Program-made: the position numbers and the translations under genes
NCBI GenBank assembly: GCA_964016885.1
Contig: OZ024742.1
Location: 103,478,001-103,542,000 of the forward strand
Reading direction: 5' to 3'
DNA length: 64,000 nt
DNA from: Eledone cirrhosa
Taxonomy: Eukaryota
Part shown: positions 1 through 64,000 of the stretch, piece by piece
How the letters are laid out: every line of letters starts with the position of its first letter
How positions within the stretch are numbered: position 1 is the stretch's first letter
Notes under the pieces: generated by a model
The model's input: only the letters and a program-made list of their open reading frames with translations
Database searches by the model: none
Told to the model about the DNA's origin: nothing

Positions 1-3000
1 CAACACTAAATGATCTGATATTCAAAATAATCCAAATCAAAATGAAGTATCAGAAAACAGACCAGATTTAGTTACCCGGATTTTTAAGACTCAGCTTTCT
101 GAAATGATGAAAGATATCAAAGAAAGACACATTCTTGGTATGCCAGTGGCTCATGTTCATGTCACTGAGTTTCAAAAAAGAGGACTTCCTCATTGCCATA
201 TGTTGGTCATCTTAAGGAACAAAGACAAGCTAAGAAACAGAGAAAGCATTGACAGAATTGTATCAGCAGAAATCCCTGCATTAGAAGATGATCCGGTACT
301 ACATGAGCAGATTAAAAAGTTTATAATCCATGGGCCATGTGGTTCTGGAAAAACCTTTTCCATGCATGCAATATGGATTTTGCCAAAAGAACTATCCAAA
401 AACAGAGAGGAAACATTGAACTTAAATGGATATCCAGAATACAGGAGGCACAAGACAGGAACTACAGTTAAATTAGACAACATCCAATAGACAACAGGAA
501 TGTTGTGCCATTTAATGCCTATTGTGCCCATATTAATGTTGAAGTTTCCTCTTCTGTAAAAAGCATCAAGTGCATTAAATATGTTTACAACAGGCATGAT
601 TGTGCAGCTATAGAAGAAACCAATAATGCATTACCTAATGATGATCAGAACCAACACATGAAATAAGAAACTATCTTGGTTGCAGGTATGTGTCTCTGCT
701 TGAAGCTGTGTGGTATCTCCCTGAATTTAAACTTCATGGTATATTGCATACAGTGTACAAGCTAGCTATACACATGGAGAACCAACAGAGTTTACTTTCT
801 AAGAGGCAATGCTCAAGTCACAGTAGAAATGCAAGGACACCAAGACATAACCCTTACTGCCTGGTACAAGCTTAATGAAGAGGACGAAAATGCAAGCAAC
901 TACCTATATCCAGAAATTCTGGAACACTGTGTTCAATGAAACCAACAGAAAATGGACACCAAAAACAAAGTAGAAACAATTATTAGTAGAAAGGGCGATG
1001 GATTGACAGTATCGGTAGAGGGTCGGACGCCATGCTTTGCAGCACAGTTACGTCCCTTTACGGACTGAGTTCAAATCCTGCCAAGGTTAACTTTGCCTTT
1101 CATCCTTACGGGGTCGATAAAATAAAGTACCAGTAATACACTGAGATAATTGCTGGCCTTGTGCCAAAAGTAGAAACAATTATTAGTAGAAAGGGTGGTG
1201 GATTGTCAGTATCAGTAAAGGGTCGGACGCCATGCTTTGATGCATAGAGTTACGGACCTTGCCATTCTGAGTTCAAATCCCGCCGAGGTTAACTTTGCCT
1301 TTCATCCTTACGGGGTCGATAAAATAAAGTACCAGTAATGTACTGGGTAATTGCTGGCCTTGTGCCAAAAGTAGAAACAATTATTAGTAGAATGTAAACA
1401 GTCAGCCCCAGAATTGTTGAAGAATATTATTACTTCATGTGCCAGGTGCAAAAGAGTTTTGAAGAACTAAGAACAGTGGAGGGAGAAACATTTCTAAATT
1501 TCAAAGAAGCATGATTGCGACATGGTATTATAGAAAATGATGACTATTTCAACCATGCTCTGCAACTGTGGAACACCCATGAGTCAATAATTGAGAACTA
1601 TTTGCATGAAAAGATAGATGGCCAGCAACCTGAAAATATGGCACTTTAATTAATGTAATATTGATTGAAAATGGTACCAACTGCACAAGAATAGGCCTGC
1701 CGCAGCCCATTGGGATCCTTGAACCTGAGTCCCAAGCTGACATCAACCACCCTGATATTGATTTTTCTTACTGAAGAGTAATGAGTGATTGCTGATACTG
1801 TAATTGATGTCAGTCAACTGAGGAGAAAAGGCGAAAGGCCTGCACATACCTGTTTTTATGCAGATGCAGCTGGTGGGTGTGGAAAAACGTATCTGTTCAA
1901 TAAACTGATTTCTCACCTACAGATGAATAACTATCTTGTGTTTTGTGGTGCTTGGACTGGCATAGCATCTACACTGTTGCTGGGAAGTAGAACTATGCAC
2001 AATTTATCTAAACTACCTGTTCCACTAACAGAGACCAGTGTAGGTAATGTGTATGGCTCATCTGACCATGCCAATTACTTACGGAACCTGGATCTCATAA
2101 TACTGGATAAGGCTTCTATGATTCCTTCCTATGCTATTCATGCCATTGACAATTGTCTTCAAGGCATCACTGGGGTCAATGAAGTGTTTGGAGGAAAGGT
2201 TTTGCTCTCAGGCGGGGACTTCAGGGGGCAAGTGCCATCAATATTACCAAGGAGTACCCGTCAAGTCACATTAGAAATATGCCTTAAAAACTCCCATCTG
2301 TGGCACTTCTTTCAACATTTTACATTAAACAATTATATCAGAGTAAGAGAAGATCAGAGAGAGTTTGCAAAATGGCTGCTACATCTTGGCAATGCACCTA
2401 CATCTCGAACTGAATATGAATGAAGATTCTCATGTGTAAATGACTTTTTAGTGAAACAAACTCAGTGATACAATGCAAGAGAAAAGAACACAAGTAATTT
2501 TATCTACCAAGAACGCTGATTGCCTATTGATCAAAAAAGAGGTTCTCAAGACAACTCTCTGGTAGCAGCCATACTTATTATAGTACTGATAGAGTGATTG
2601 CTGATGATCCTTCAAAGGATTAAAACAGGATCAATAATAATGATTCTATGGAATATTTCAATCCAGAATGGATTATTCAATGGTACAAGATTAGAAGTAA
2701 TGAAATTGCATCAACATTCGATCGAAGCTTCTCATATCAATGATCCTTTGGCATGTTTTGATCTCAAGATCTCATTAGCCCCCAGTGATTCCAACATCTC
2801 TTTTACATTGGAAAGCCCCCAGTTTCCAGTGAAACTGTCGTATGTTATGACAATCAACAAGAGCCAGGATCATCCAATAAAGTGGGTATGTTCCTTCCTG
2901 AGCCAGTATTTATCAATGCTCTAGTATATGCCATTTTTTTAAAGAGTATGCAGACAGTCATGTAAAAATCAAAGTATTGAACACTGATAAGCAAGGGTGG

Positions 3001-3409
3001 CAGGGTAATAATCTGTGACAAAGAACATCGTATGCAAAGATATATTATGATAAATATGAGCCCAGTTAAAATGCTGCAAGTTGCAATGGAAGTGAAACTA
3101 ATCACGCAAATATAAACATTCTATATATCGTTTTGTGTAAATTTATTCTATATCATGTAAAGTAATTATGATAAAATATTGCGTAATAAGGAATATGCAA
3201 TTATATATTGATCTTCCAACTTCAATAGAATTAGATACTAATGAATTATATATATATTAAGTATTATATAGATTGTTATTGTATATTTTTGTTTTATTTA
3301 TTGCACAGGCAACAATAATGTTTATATGCAATAACAATACAAATAATCCTTTCTTAAATAGCTCCTCTTAATTTTTTTTGTTCTATGGAATTTCCACAGG
3401 TCCTGCTAG
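1..3409 (+). mobile_element. Decayed Helitron (Rep + PIF1-like helicase pseudogene) with 3' hairpin and CTAG end
   Basis: Rep motif EFQKRGLPHCHML; helicase motifs GGCGKT, LDKASMI, GGDFR, FPVKLSYVMTINKSQ broken by frameshifts; imperfect hairpin ctatgg-aattt-ccacag then CTAG (3406-3409) before T. Confidence 0.9.
990..1392 (+). mobile_element. Tandem pair of tRNA-derived SINEs (family A) inserted in the Helitron
   Basis: Two ~200-bp copies with B-box gagttcaaatcc and core ggtcgataaaataaagtaccagt; aaagtagaaacaattattagtagaa occurs three times at the junctions. Confidence 0.85.
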
Positions 3410-3649
3410 TGTAAAATTATTCCTATGATATTTTCCAACAGAGTTGATTTTATGGCCCACATTAAGATATTTGGAAAATCTTTGCATCAATATATTCTAT
3501 AGGTTAATGTTATTACTGTTTAAAACATTACCAATCCTTTCCATCAGTTAACAGCTACTTGCGATGGTGCAAAGTAATTACACAAATGCTATAAACAATG
3601 CTTTTGAATTACCAATCTAATTTGACTGATAATATATGTAGTATCTTAA

Positions 3650-3851
3650 CCCTTTAACATTTACATTACTCTATATTTACTATTATATTTTCAAGGTAAA
3701 GGCTTTATCTCGCATAATATCGAATCTATGAGATTTTGATATTTATTTTGAGAACAATACCTTATCAGTATGAGTGGCTGGTTACAGCCAGTTTGAACAG
3801 AAATAGGTGAGAGAATTCTGGCCGGATATGGCTGGTTTTAATGCTAAAGCG
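3650..3851. mobile_element. TTAA-flanked (piggyBac-type) MITE
   Basis: ttaa|ccctttaacattta ... aaatgctaaagcg|ttaa; close copy at 59950-60167. Confidence 0.75.
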
Positions 3852-4661
3852 TTAAGAGCAGAAAGATTACAACTCTCCAGTAGAAAACTGTGCATATATA
3901 TTTTGCACACATGAAAGTCATTTTTGTTTTTGCAACAAGACATCAACATTTATTTGTTTACAAATTTGTTTACAACATTAATGCAGACTGAATGGTGACA
4001 TGACTCACTCAACCATTTACTAGTGTTTGTGTGTGGGTGTGCATGTTTGTGTATGTGTGTGTGCTAGTTTGGTGATGCGGGGGGCAGCATGCACTGTGAG
4101 TGTGCAGCAGGTTAGTTGGGAAAGCACTGAAGGAAAATGTGTTGCACACACCATTGAAGACAGGGACTTTCAGGTTGTGTTCAATGGTCAGTGGTGGACA
4201 ATTGAGTGGTGCTAGAAGGGAGAGGCCCTGATTTGATTTTATGTAATATTAACATACCCTCAAAAGAGTTTGAGGGCATTTTAATCTCCTGGAAGGAGAA
4301 GGTAAAGAGCAGGCAAAAAAAGTGCCCAGTCCATGCTGTATAGTGGTTGTGTAAATGTCACAACAAAAATCATACTGTAAAATGGTCATTTAGGCATCAC
4401 AACAAAAAGCACCCAGCACTCACTGTGAATGAGGTTGGCACTAGGCAGGGCATCCAGCTGTAGAAACCAAGCCAAAATCAGTTCTGTACGAGCAAGATAT
4501 GGTCACCTGACTTGTCATTGCTCACAACAGGATAACTCGTCTAACCCATGCCAATGTGGAAAAGTGGATGTTAAATGGAGATGATGATATATATATATAT
4601 ATATATAAATAGTCTAACCCATGCTAGCGTGGAAGATAGACGTTAAACGATGATGATCAAG

Positions 4662-4702
<41 letters not shown>

Positions 4703-4784
4703 CAAAATAAGTAACGGAGACAGAAACTCACGTTAGTCCCTGTAATTTATGAGCTCAAAGGAAAAAGAATCCTGGGCTCTTCAA

Positions 4785-5594
4785 ATATAATATAGAGAAG
4801 ATAACACACGAGAGAGTGTGTGTTTATCAAGGTACAGGGAATACCAGTAGTGTATGGACCCTATAAACTAAGAAAGGTGAGGAATGTATTCACTTACCAC
4901 ACACGCTGATGAACCTGGGTGAGTTCAATCCAAACACTAATCTTTTGGCGAAACAATCTCTCTGAGTTTGTACATGTGTGATATATAGTTATAAAGGTGG
5001 GTAAATTCATTCTGATTTATATTTTTAATTATAATGTATCTACATCACCTTCCTTAGTTTATAGGTTCTTTAGCAGAAAAATAATAATTATAACAATAAT
5101 AAGAACAATATGTATTTTTGTTGTAGCAGGAAAAGTATGGTTTTGTTATGTGGCAATGTTAGCCAAAAGTTAATATTTGTTGATATAGTCGTAAAGTCTT
5201 CGATAACATTTTTACATGTTTTTATTCACAACTAATTACAAAGAGTTAAGTTGAGTTGACATGTCAAACAAAGGAATAACAAATTAAGAGTTAAGAAGTG
5301 AATGTGGGCAAAGAAGTGAATGAAGGCCAAAGTGAAGATCTCACCGTTACATAATAATGTCTTTTCCTTTCAATGTCCAAGCAGCAAGAGAGAGTATATA
5401 CGAAAGAAGCGGGGAAAATCTTTGTTTGGGCGGAAGTTAATAATATATATCCGTGCGCGGCTCACGATTGGCCCGACTTAGCCAAATCACGCACGAATAG
5501 TTCCATACGCTACAGTTCCATACGCTAGTGGTATTCCCTGTACGTTGATAAACACACACATTCTCTCTTGTGTGTTATCTTCTCTATATTATAT
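4785..5594. repeat. Fold-back element 0 (~75-bp imperfect inverted arms) enclosing a hammerhead motif
   Basis: 4785-4860 is reverse complement of ~5517-5594; inner IR 4860-4882 / 5043-5065. Confidence 0.8.
4898..4980 (+). ncRNA. Type I hammerhead ribozyme motif (degenerate stem II)
   Basis: cacacacg-CTGATGA-acc..ggc-GAAA-caa..ttg-TA-catgtgtg; stem I 7/8 bp, GUA cleavage triplet. Confidence 0.7.
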
Positions 5595-5914
5595 ATATAT
5601 ATATATAATCTTTAGGCATGATGACTCTCCTTCTATACATCCATTACTGGTAACAGATGAAGTTCCTCCTCCAGCTCACCCTGTCTAGCATTGCCATCTG
5701 AATTTCCCCTGCCCCCAACCCAGTGTTATCTTCAAGAACATCCTTCAGCGAGGTGGTTGGTGGCTCAACTTGTCTGCACACATCAGGTTTCCAGAAAAGA
5801 ACTCTTCATGGGAACCAATTTCGTTTCTTTCTTTCTCTCATACACTTACAATTTTTCTCTTATCAAATTTTCCTAACTGGCTCAGTGTAATAAATGGTGT
5901 AGTACTATATATTA

Positions 5915-8367
5915 CATATGACAAATTTAAAAGCTTATTACTCGATGCCTTTGACAATAGGGAAGAGCAATTAGAGACGTACAATATAGAGGAACAGTGG
6001 GAATTCTTGAAAGTGAACCTGCTGAAAGTGACGGATGAAATCTGTGGCTGGAGCAGACCTATTGGCAGGAGGAGAGTAACATGGTGGAGGAGACAATCAA
6101 GGCCAAAAAGCAGGCTTGGAAAGTATGGCAGGATGGGGGAAGTAGAGAACACTATCAAGTGGCCAGGAGAGAAGCAGGAGACAAGTGTACCTTGCAAAAA
6201 GGGAAGCAGAGGATAGAAAGTTCAAGCATGTTCTACAACGTGAGGACCCCAAAACGTGAGGTGTTCAGGATTGCTAGACAATGTGTCAAGGAAAACCGTG
6301 ATATTATCAGGGAGAAGTGTGTCCGTAATGATAACGGTGTACTTGCCCTCACTGATACTGATAAGAATATAGCTTGGAAGTGTCACTATGAGAGACTACT
6401 AAATGAGGAGAATAAATGGGAAAAAGATAGTCTGCCCCAAATCGATCCAATAGAAGGACCAGCGGTGCAAGTTAAAGGTAGTATAATAAGTAAGGCAATC
6501 AAAGATATGAAGACAGGCAAGGCAGCTGGGCCTTTGGAGATAGTTGCTGAGATGTTGAAGGCATCTGGTATGGTGGGACATACTATGGTAACCCATATAG
6601 TTAACCATGTAATACAGAATGGGGTCATACCAAAAGACTGGTGTAGCAGCATCATCATTAACTGCTACAAGGGTAAAGGGGATGCTCCAGATAGGGGAAA
6701 CTATAAAGGCATTAAGTTAGTTGACCAGTTCATGAATGTCACAGAAAGAGTTATAGCGCAATTAATCAGAGAGCGAATTGATCTAGATGAAATGCAGTTT
6801 GGGTTTGTGTCAGGTAAAAGTACTACAGATGCTCTTTTCCTTGTACGACAACTACAGGAGAAGTACCTAGCTAAAAGTAAACCCCTCTACTTAGCTTTTG
6901 TAGACCTGGAGAAAGCCTTTGACAGAGTCTTCTGCTCCATTATCTGGTGGGCTCTTAGAAAACTAGGTGTAGATGAATGGCTTGTGAGAGCTATACAAGC
7001 CATGTATAAAGAAACAGTAGTAAGGTTAGAATTAACAATGAATATTGTGAAGAATTTAGTGTAAAAGTTTGTGTTCATCAAGACTCTATCCTTAGCCCCC
7101 TCCTATTTATTATTGCCCTTCAGGCTATAACAGAGGAGTTTAAGACCGGCTGCCCATGGGAACTCCTATATGCAGATGATCTAACTCTCATAACTAGAAA
7201 AGAAATTCCAAACATGGAAGCATGGCCTAGAATCAACAGGCCTTAAAGTTAACTTGTCTAAGACTAAAGTTCTAGTTTGTAGAAATGAAAATAGGGCACA
7301 GGTGCCCTCAGGGAAATGGCCAAGCTCAGTGTGTAGGAAAGGAGTAGGCAGAAATTCCATTTTATGTCCTAAATGCAAACTATGGGTACATAAAAGATGT
7401 AGTGGGATCACATTACCTGGGTGACAAAATCAGCAGTGGTGGAGGGTATTCTGAAAGTACAGTAGCCAGTCAGAACGGGATTGAAAAAGTTTAACCGCTG
7501 TTGGCCACAAAAGGTTTCTCTCTAAAAATGAAAGGCAGATTGTATGATGCCTGTATACGAACAACAATGCTACATGGCAGTGAGACATGGGCATTGCATG
7601 CAGAGGACCTGCGCAGACTGGAAAGGAACGAAGCATGCATGCTCCGTTGGATGTGTAATAGTAATATACGTGAATGGCAAAGCATAAATGAACTGAGAAA
7701 TTAGGAATAAGAAGGATCAGATGCTGTTTACTCGATAGAAGACTACGTTGGTATGGCCACGTGATGCGCATGAAAGACAGCTGTATAAAAAAGTGCAGGG
7801 CGATCAAAATTGATGGTAGTTACGGAGTAGGTAGACCCAGAAAAACCTGGGACAATTTGATAAATTCCGACCTTACACACTTGCACCTCTCTAAGACAAT
7901 GTCACTGGACCGAGATCTTTGGCGCTACACAGTTATACAGAAGACCCTCCTTGCCTATGTACAAAGCGAAACCTACAGTTAGTAGGCACCTCTTAACCAA
8001 ATGTACACCTCAATCCACTACCCCTACCCTATACTCTCACTAACACCACCCTCTCTCTGTAAAGTTGGTACCACAACATCCAGTCCAAATAAATGAGATA
8101 ATGAGATAGAGATCGTGTAGGTGTCACAACAAAAAAACACGCAGTCCACGCTGTAATATGGCCGTGTAGGTAACATGGTATAAAGTTCCCAGTTCCACAC
8201 TGTAAATGTGGTTGGTGTTAGGAAGGGCATCCAACCGTAGAAGACCTGCCAGATAATCCTATATGAGCGAGACACGGTCACCCGACCAACCTTGCCTCAA
8301 GTGGGACAACTCCCGTCTAACCGATGCTAGCGTGGAAGATAGACGTTAAACGAAGATGATGATGATG
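5915..8367 (+). mobile_element. 5'-truncated, decayed RTE-clade LINE
   Basis: RT ORF fragments ([31 protein letters not shown]), family 3' UTR and (GAT)n tail; same family as 35497-37823. Confidence 0.92.
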
Positions 8368-9024
8368 TTAAAGTATTTCACTCCAATTTATGTTGAACAA
8401 TGTCTTATAAAGCACAATGACAAGAAACCAGTTGCCTATGCTTGACATAAAAAGAAAGTAAGATTACTCAGATGTAATTAAATAAATCAACAAAGTTCAT
8501 TAAAATCTTTCATTATTTATTAATTTCACCCCCTCCCCCCGCCACACACACAAAAAGAAAGATAAGAAAATATAAAAATTTGCTACTGATCACTTTCAAC
8601 ATGTTATTATGTATTATCTAATGATTATTTTTTTTTATATTTATTTTATTTTTGTTTTTTGTTATGTTTCTTAAAAATGTTTTTTCCTGGTTAACCTTTT
8701 TGTTTTAATTATTCTTGGAACTTTCTAGAACATTTTTGAATATATGTTAGCCTAAAAATAATTGCTTCAATGCAAGTTATTTTTACTATGAAAAATAAGT
8801 TGGAAATATAAACCCTTAGAGACAGAAAAAGATTAACAGCATTGCCTGTTGTCCACTTATTTTTAATCTCCAGGGACTTATATGCCCAACTTTTTAGACT
8901 ATTTTTAAGAGTAACAAACCTGTATTGAAGAGGTTAACTTTCAGCTAACATACATTAAAGATTCATAATTTGCTCAATGCTCATAAAAATACTCTTGGAA
9001 CCTTCTAGAAAAATGATTTACTTC

Positions 9025-59778
<50,754 letters not shown>

Positions 59779-59949
59779 CTGAAATAGAATATTTATATCA
59801 ATTTCAAAAAATGGTTTCAAATTTTGGCACAAGGCCTGCAATTTTGGGGTCAATTATATTGAGGCCAACAAGTTTGAGGGGGAGGGGAAAGTCAATTATA
59901 TCAACTTCAGTGCTTGACTGGTAGTTTATTTGACTTTGACGAGATTTAA

Positions 59950-60167
59950 CCATTTAGCATTTACATTACTCTATATTTACTATTGTATTTTCATTGTAAA
60001 CACTTTATTTCACATAATTATCTCACATAATATCGAATCTATGAGATTTTGATATCTATTTTGAGGACAATACCTTAACATCAATGTGAGTGGCTGGTTA
60101 TAGCCAGTTTGAACAAAAAGAGGTGAGAGAATTCTGGCCAGATATGGCCAGTTTAAATGCTAAAGGG
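59950..60167. mobile_element. TTAA-flanked MITE (same family as 3650-3851)
   Basis: ttaa|ccatttagcattta ... taaatgctaaaggg|ttaa. Confidence 0.8.
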
Positions 60168-60699
60168 TTAAACTCAAAATGTAAAGAGCTGGAAGAAATA
60201 CCACAAGGCATTTCTTCTGAGTCTCTAATGTTTTTGCCAATTCACAACCCTCATATTAATTTCAACTAACGATATGTTGCATAGACACAGAAACACAATT
60301 TTTTTTATTAGGGGTGAGTGGAGGGGATGATGATTTTGAACCTTTGCTAGCATTTCAGATATACATTACATATACTACGACTAGATTTAAATATAAAGGT
60401 CTACCATGGCAGATTATGTACTCAGAATATAAATGGGTGTAATTAAATACCTCAACAAAGCATTTTGTTGAAGACTTTAATGATTCTGTTATGTGCAGCA
60501 CATTTTGTCCAATTTTTATGTTTTCTGGTCATCCTATACTTCTTCCTTATCTGAGAGATGGAAAGTGTTGAGGCTATGTCCAGGATGGTAACACATTGGT
60601 CTGTCAAACCAAAGATGTGGATTCATGTCCCATGTACGTTAATACTCATCCCTTTTTCCATTCAGAGGGTTTTTTTAAATCCCAACTAACAGAATAATA

Positions 60700-61905
60700 C
60701 TATGTAGTCAAATGCAACCTGAGCACATGTTACTGAGGCGCTATTTGAGGCTTTATACAGAACAAACATATATCAACTGGAAAAAGAACCATCCTGAAAA
60801 CAGAGATTATATTGACAGTAAGAAACTAGCTAATATACGAAGAAACATCGTTAAGACTAACTGACATAGAAATTGATCAGATCAAGCAATTTGTGCAAAG
60901 TCATCGAAGGGAAAATGAAACATTTCAGTGAAAACAAAGTAAATTGTAAAATCTTAAATCTCAGGGTTGGGACGGAATCACTGACAGCAGAACAAATTAA
61001 TGAAAGGATCGAAAAAGTAGAAGGAGTGCATGTTCAAGATGAAACTCAAAATGAAAACAATGAAGATATCATCAATGATAAAGAAATGAATGCAAATGAA
61101 CTTGCCAACTTGAAGAATGAAGTTATGATTGGATGGATGAAAATAAAAGAATCTGAATCTAAGATCCAGAACTCCAAACAAAATCAGAGGATAATATGCA
61201 AGACGCGCACAGCTCTCAAAGACATTATCACTACAAATAAACTAAATATTACTGAACTAAATCATCTCTATTATGCATTGGCTAAAGTCACCACTCACTT
61301 ATGTGGAGTGAAAACAAAGGAATGCCCACAAAAATCTACTTGGCAAGAGAATATCAATCGTCAAATAAACTTTTGATCTGACATAAGAGATTTTAGCAAA
61401 CTACAAAGTAGTGAACATATTAAACGAACTAAACTCGGAAAATTGAAAAGAAAATACAATATAAAATCAACAAGCGGCATAGACATGATGATAGAAACAA
61501 TCAAGCAAAAAGTGTCAGTCAAAGCTGCTCATATGAGGTGCTTTGAAAAATGCTCCAGATTCTCTAAGGACAATATGTTAAAAAATAACCAAAATAATGT
61601 TCTACAGAAAAATTGGCAAGTCAACTATAACTGCTAAATCAATACCTCCCAAGGAAGAAGTGCAAGAATTCTGGAAAAAGATCTGGGCCGAAGAAAAAGT
61701 TCATGCTCCATGCTCCATGGATAGACAAACAAATGAAAGATACAGTTCACCTTGAGGAACAAACATGGGAAAATATAACAGTTGAACATCTGCATTTAGC
61801 TCTTAGAAAATCCAGCAAATGGAAATCTCCAGGGAAAGACAAAAATGCCAAATCTTTGGATAAATGCTTTCACAGAATCTCATGAACTCTTACCCCAACT
61901 TTACA
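60700..61905 (+). mobile_element. Decayed non-LTR retrotransposon, R4/Dong-like N-terminal part
   Basis: SKKLANIRRNI, LNITELNHLYYA, LRKSSKWKSPGKD fragments preceding an RT domain; cut by the LTR at 61908. Confidence 0.55.
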
Positions 61906-61907
61906 AT

Positions 61908-63778
61908 TGTTGTGTACGGATTCCCAAGTAAGAACAAGTGTAAAGAGGCTAAGAAGTTGTATTAAACAACGTAAGTATAACTGTATGCAGGATGGCACGG
62001 AAGCGCAAGCAAAGCATGATGTACAGAGTATAGTGTCACATTCACATGTGTCTGCGCACACGTTGAGTCCAAGGTCTTAATAGACGGGCGAGCCAATCAA
62101 TATGAAGACTGTGTGTGATTGGCCGATGAGTGGCCAATAAGTGGCTGGAACGTGTTACGCATAATGAAAGAAAGGGAATGAATATGGATAGGTGAGAATA
62201 GGAGAGAAGCATTAATGTAGACACAACCTTTTCTCCCCTCTTTTTAAAGCTTTAAGCTTGAAAAAAACTGGCGACTATTGTAGATTCATCCATTTTCTAG
62301 TCGGTATGTGTGAGGACCAATGCAGTCGACTATTTTGAGTGGTGGTGATAATTTTGGTCTTCCTTTTACTGCACTACTCTCTCTTACTCGCACATTTTGA
62401 CCAACTTTCATAGATTTTGTCTTTTTTTGCTATAAGATGCTTGGTATCAAGACAATTTTGCTTTAGCCTTAATATCCGACAACTGAGCACATGGTAGCAT
62501 CTAAGGCGGTAGCGCTTAATTTAGCGCACAAGGGTCGACCTAAGAACAGTTCTGCCGGTCTCACTTCGGTCGTACTGCGGGGCGTCGATCGTAGTGTCTG
62601 CAGCGCCTTCGATAATATGTCATCCCATGTCAGGTTGTAGTGTTTGAATAGTTTCTTTAAGTGTTTTATTGCATCTTTCCACCAACCCGTTTGCTTGAGG
62701 ATTATAAGGGGCAGATTTGGAGTGCTTAATCCCATTTTCCTTGAGGAAGGTTTCGAACAATCCACTGCGGAATTGGAGACCATTGTCCAACACGAGATCT
62801 TCCGGCAGGCCAAAACGCACAAACACAGAAGATAACCAAGTGATTATATGGACAGCTGCAGCTTGTCCACATGCACAGACTTTGCACCACCGACTGTAGT
62901 AACAGATCAGTACAACAAGGTAAGCTTTGTTTTTTGGTGCTGTTGCGAAGGGGCCCATGATGTCAATTGCCACTTTGGCCCATGGTTTTAAAGGATACTG
63001 AATGGGTTGAATTGTGGCGGATAATGGCTTTGACAATTTGTCAGACTGGATGCATGCCTGGCATGAACGGAGAAACGATTCAATCTGTGAATTACAATTA
63101 GGCCACCAGTACCATTGATGCAGCCGTTGTTTCGTTCGTACAATACCAGGATGAGCTGAATGTGCAAGAACCATAACTCGTCTTTGTAAACTGGTAGGAA
63201 CGACCAAGATGCTTCCGCGAAACATGCTCTGCTGTACTATGGACAGCTCAGAGTGGACTTGGAAATATGACCAAAGAGTGTGGTCAACGCATCGACATGG
63301 AGGCCATCCCTCCATAATAAACTTTTCAGAATGGCATCGTTTTCCAACTCTAGAGCAAATTCAGATAGCGGAAGGGCATTTTCCTCTTGAGGCGCAAGGC
63401 TGGCTATAATTTTGTTATCTTCGTTCAGTTCTATGGCTGGTAAGTGCGGGAATCAAGACAACGGATCAGTGACTTGATTGTTCATTCTGGATCTATATTC
63501 AATGCGGAAATCGTAAGTTAAAAGGCGGGCATACCAACATGAAATTCTTAAGGGTCAATGACCCTTTCCGCCGGTACTCAACAGGGTTCTCAATGATGAA
63601 TGGTTGGTGCGGAGTACAAAACGACGCCCAAAGAGATAGTAATGCCATTTTTTGCATGCCCAAATGCATGCGAGCACTTCTTTTTCGCCTATGGAGTATT
63701 TTTGTTCCGTTGTCGACAAAGATCTAGATGCATACGTGACAACTCGTTCGAAACCGTTTTGAATTTGTGATAAGATGG
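61908..63778 (-). mobile_element. Ty3/Gypsy LTR retrotransposon remnant (RNase H, integrase, PPT, 3' LTR)
   Basis: YASRSLS..KYSIGEKE..RTNH; HSAHPG..CQAC; IDIMGP, LDNG, PQANGLVER; PPT 62229-62244; LTR 61908-62228 with tgttgtgt/acacaac ends. Confidence 0.9.
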
Positions 63779-64000
63779 AGGCACATGGCTTAGTGGTTAG
63801 AGCATTGGCCTTGCGATCGAAAGGTTGCGAGTTCAATTCTCAGACCGGGTGATGTGTTGTTTCCTTGAGCAAGACACTTTATTTCACATTGCTCCAGTTT
63901 ACTCAGCTGAAGAAATGTGATGATAGGGACTGGAGTCCCTATCATTCCACTGCAAAGTGGTCGTGGAGGTGCCACGGCAAAAAAGTACCCAGCACTCACT
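63777..64000 (+). mobile_element. SINE family B inserted in the Gypsy pol
   Basis: ggaggcacatggcttagtggttagagc..gagttcaattc head; runs off window. Confidence 0.88.

Noticed and set aside
4080-4290. Fragment resembling an LTR-retrotransposon polyprotein (IEDRDFQVVFNGQWW)
   Set aside because: Too short and without a catalytic motif to assign without a search.
63777-63850. Possible tRNA genes at SINE heads
   Set aside because: A/B boxes present but continue into SINE core and tail; no complete acceptor stem.

Overview
AT-rich, repeat-dense animal genomic DNA, most likely an octopod cephalopod judging by the tRNA-derived SINE families, abundant RTE LINEs and TA microsatellites. One host gene spans most of the window on the minus strand. 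I assembled 17 GT-AG exons by hand (59778 down to stop at 9025; 3582 nt, 1193 aa plus stop, all intron phases consistent). They encode the C-terminal half of an apolipophorin/vitellogenin-type large lipid transfer protein: RKKR site, VWD, Cys-rich C8-like region, vWA-like domain with a His-rich insert, and a Cys tail. Its 5' part lies beyond the window. Introns and the 3' flank hold a decayed Helitron, several RTE and CR1-type LINEs, a DD37D and a mariner transposon, a Gypsy remnant, a non-coding LTR element with a tRNA-Trp PBS, hAT and TTAA MITEs, and many SINEs. The most striking signal is a set of unrelated fold-back (long inverted repeat) elements carrying type I hammerhead ribozyme motifs, either in the loop or mirrored in both arms. 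Most cluster in one 11.5-kb intron and they probably derive from Penelope-like elements. Several exon-like segments with splice signals but stop codons suggest internal exon decay.
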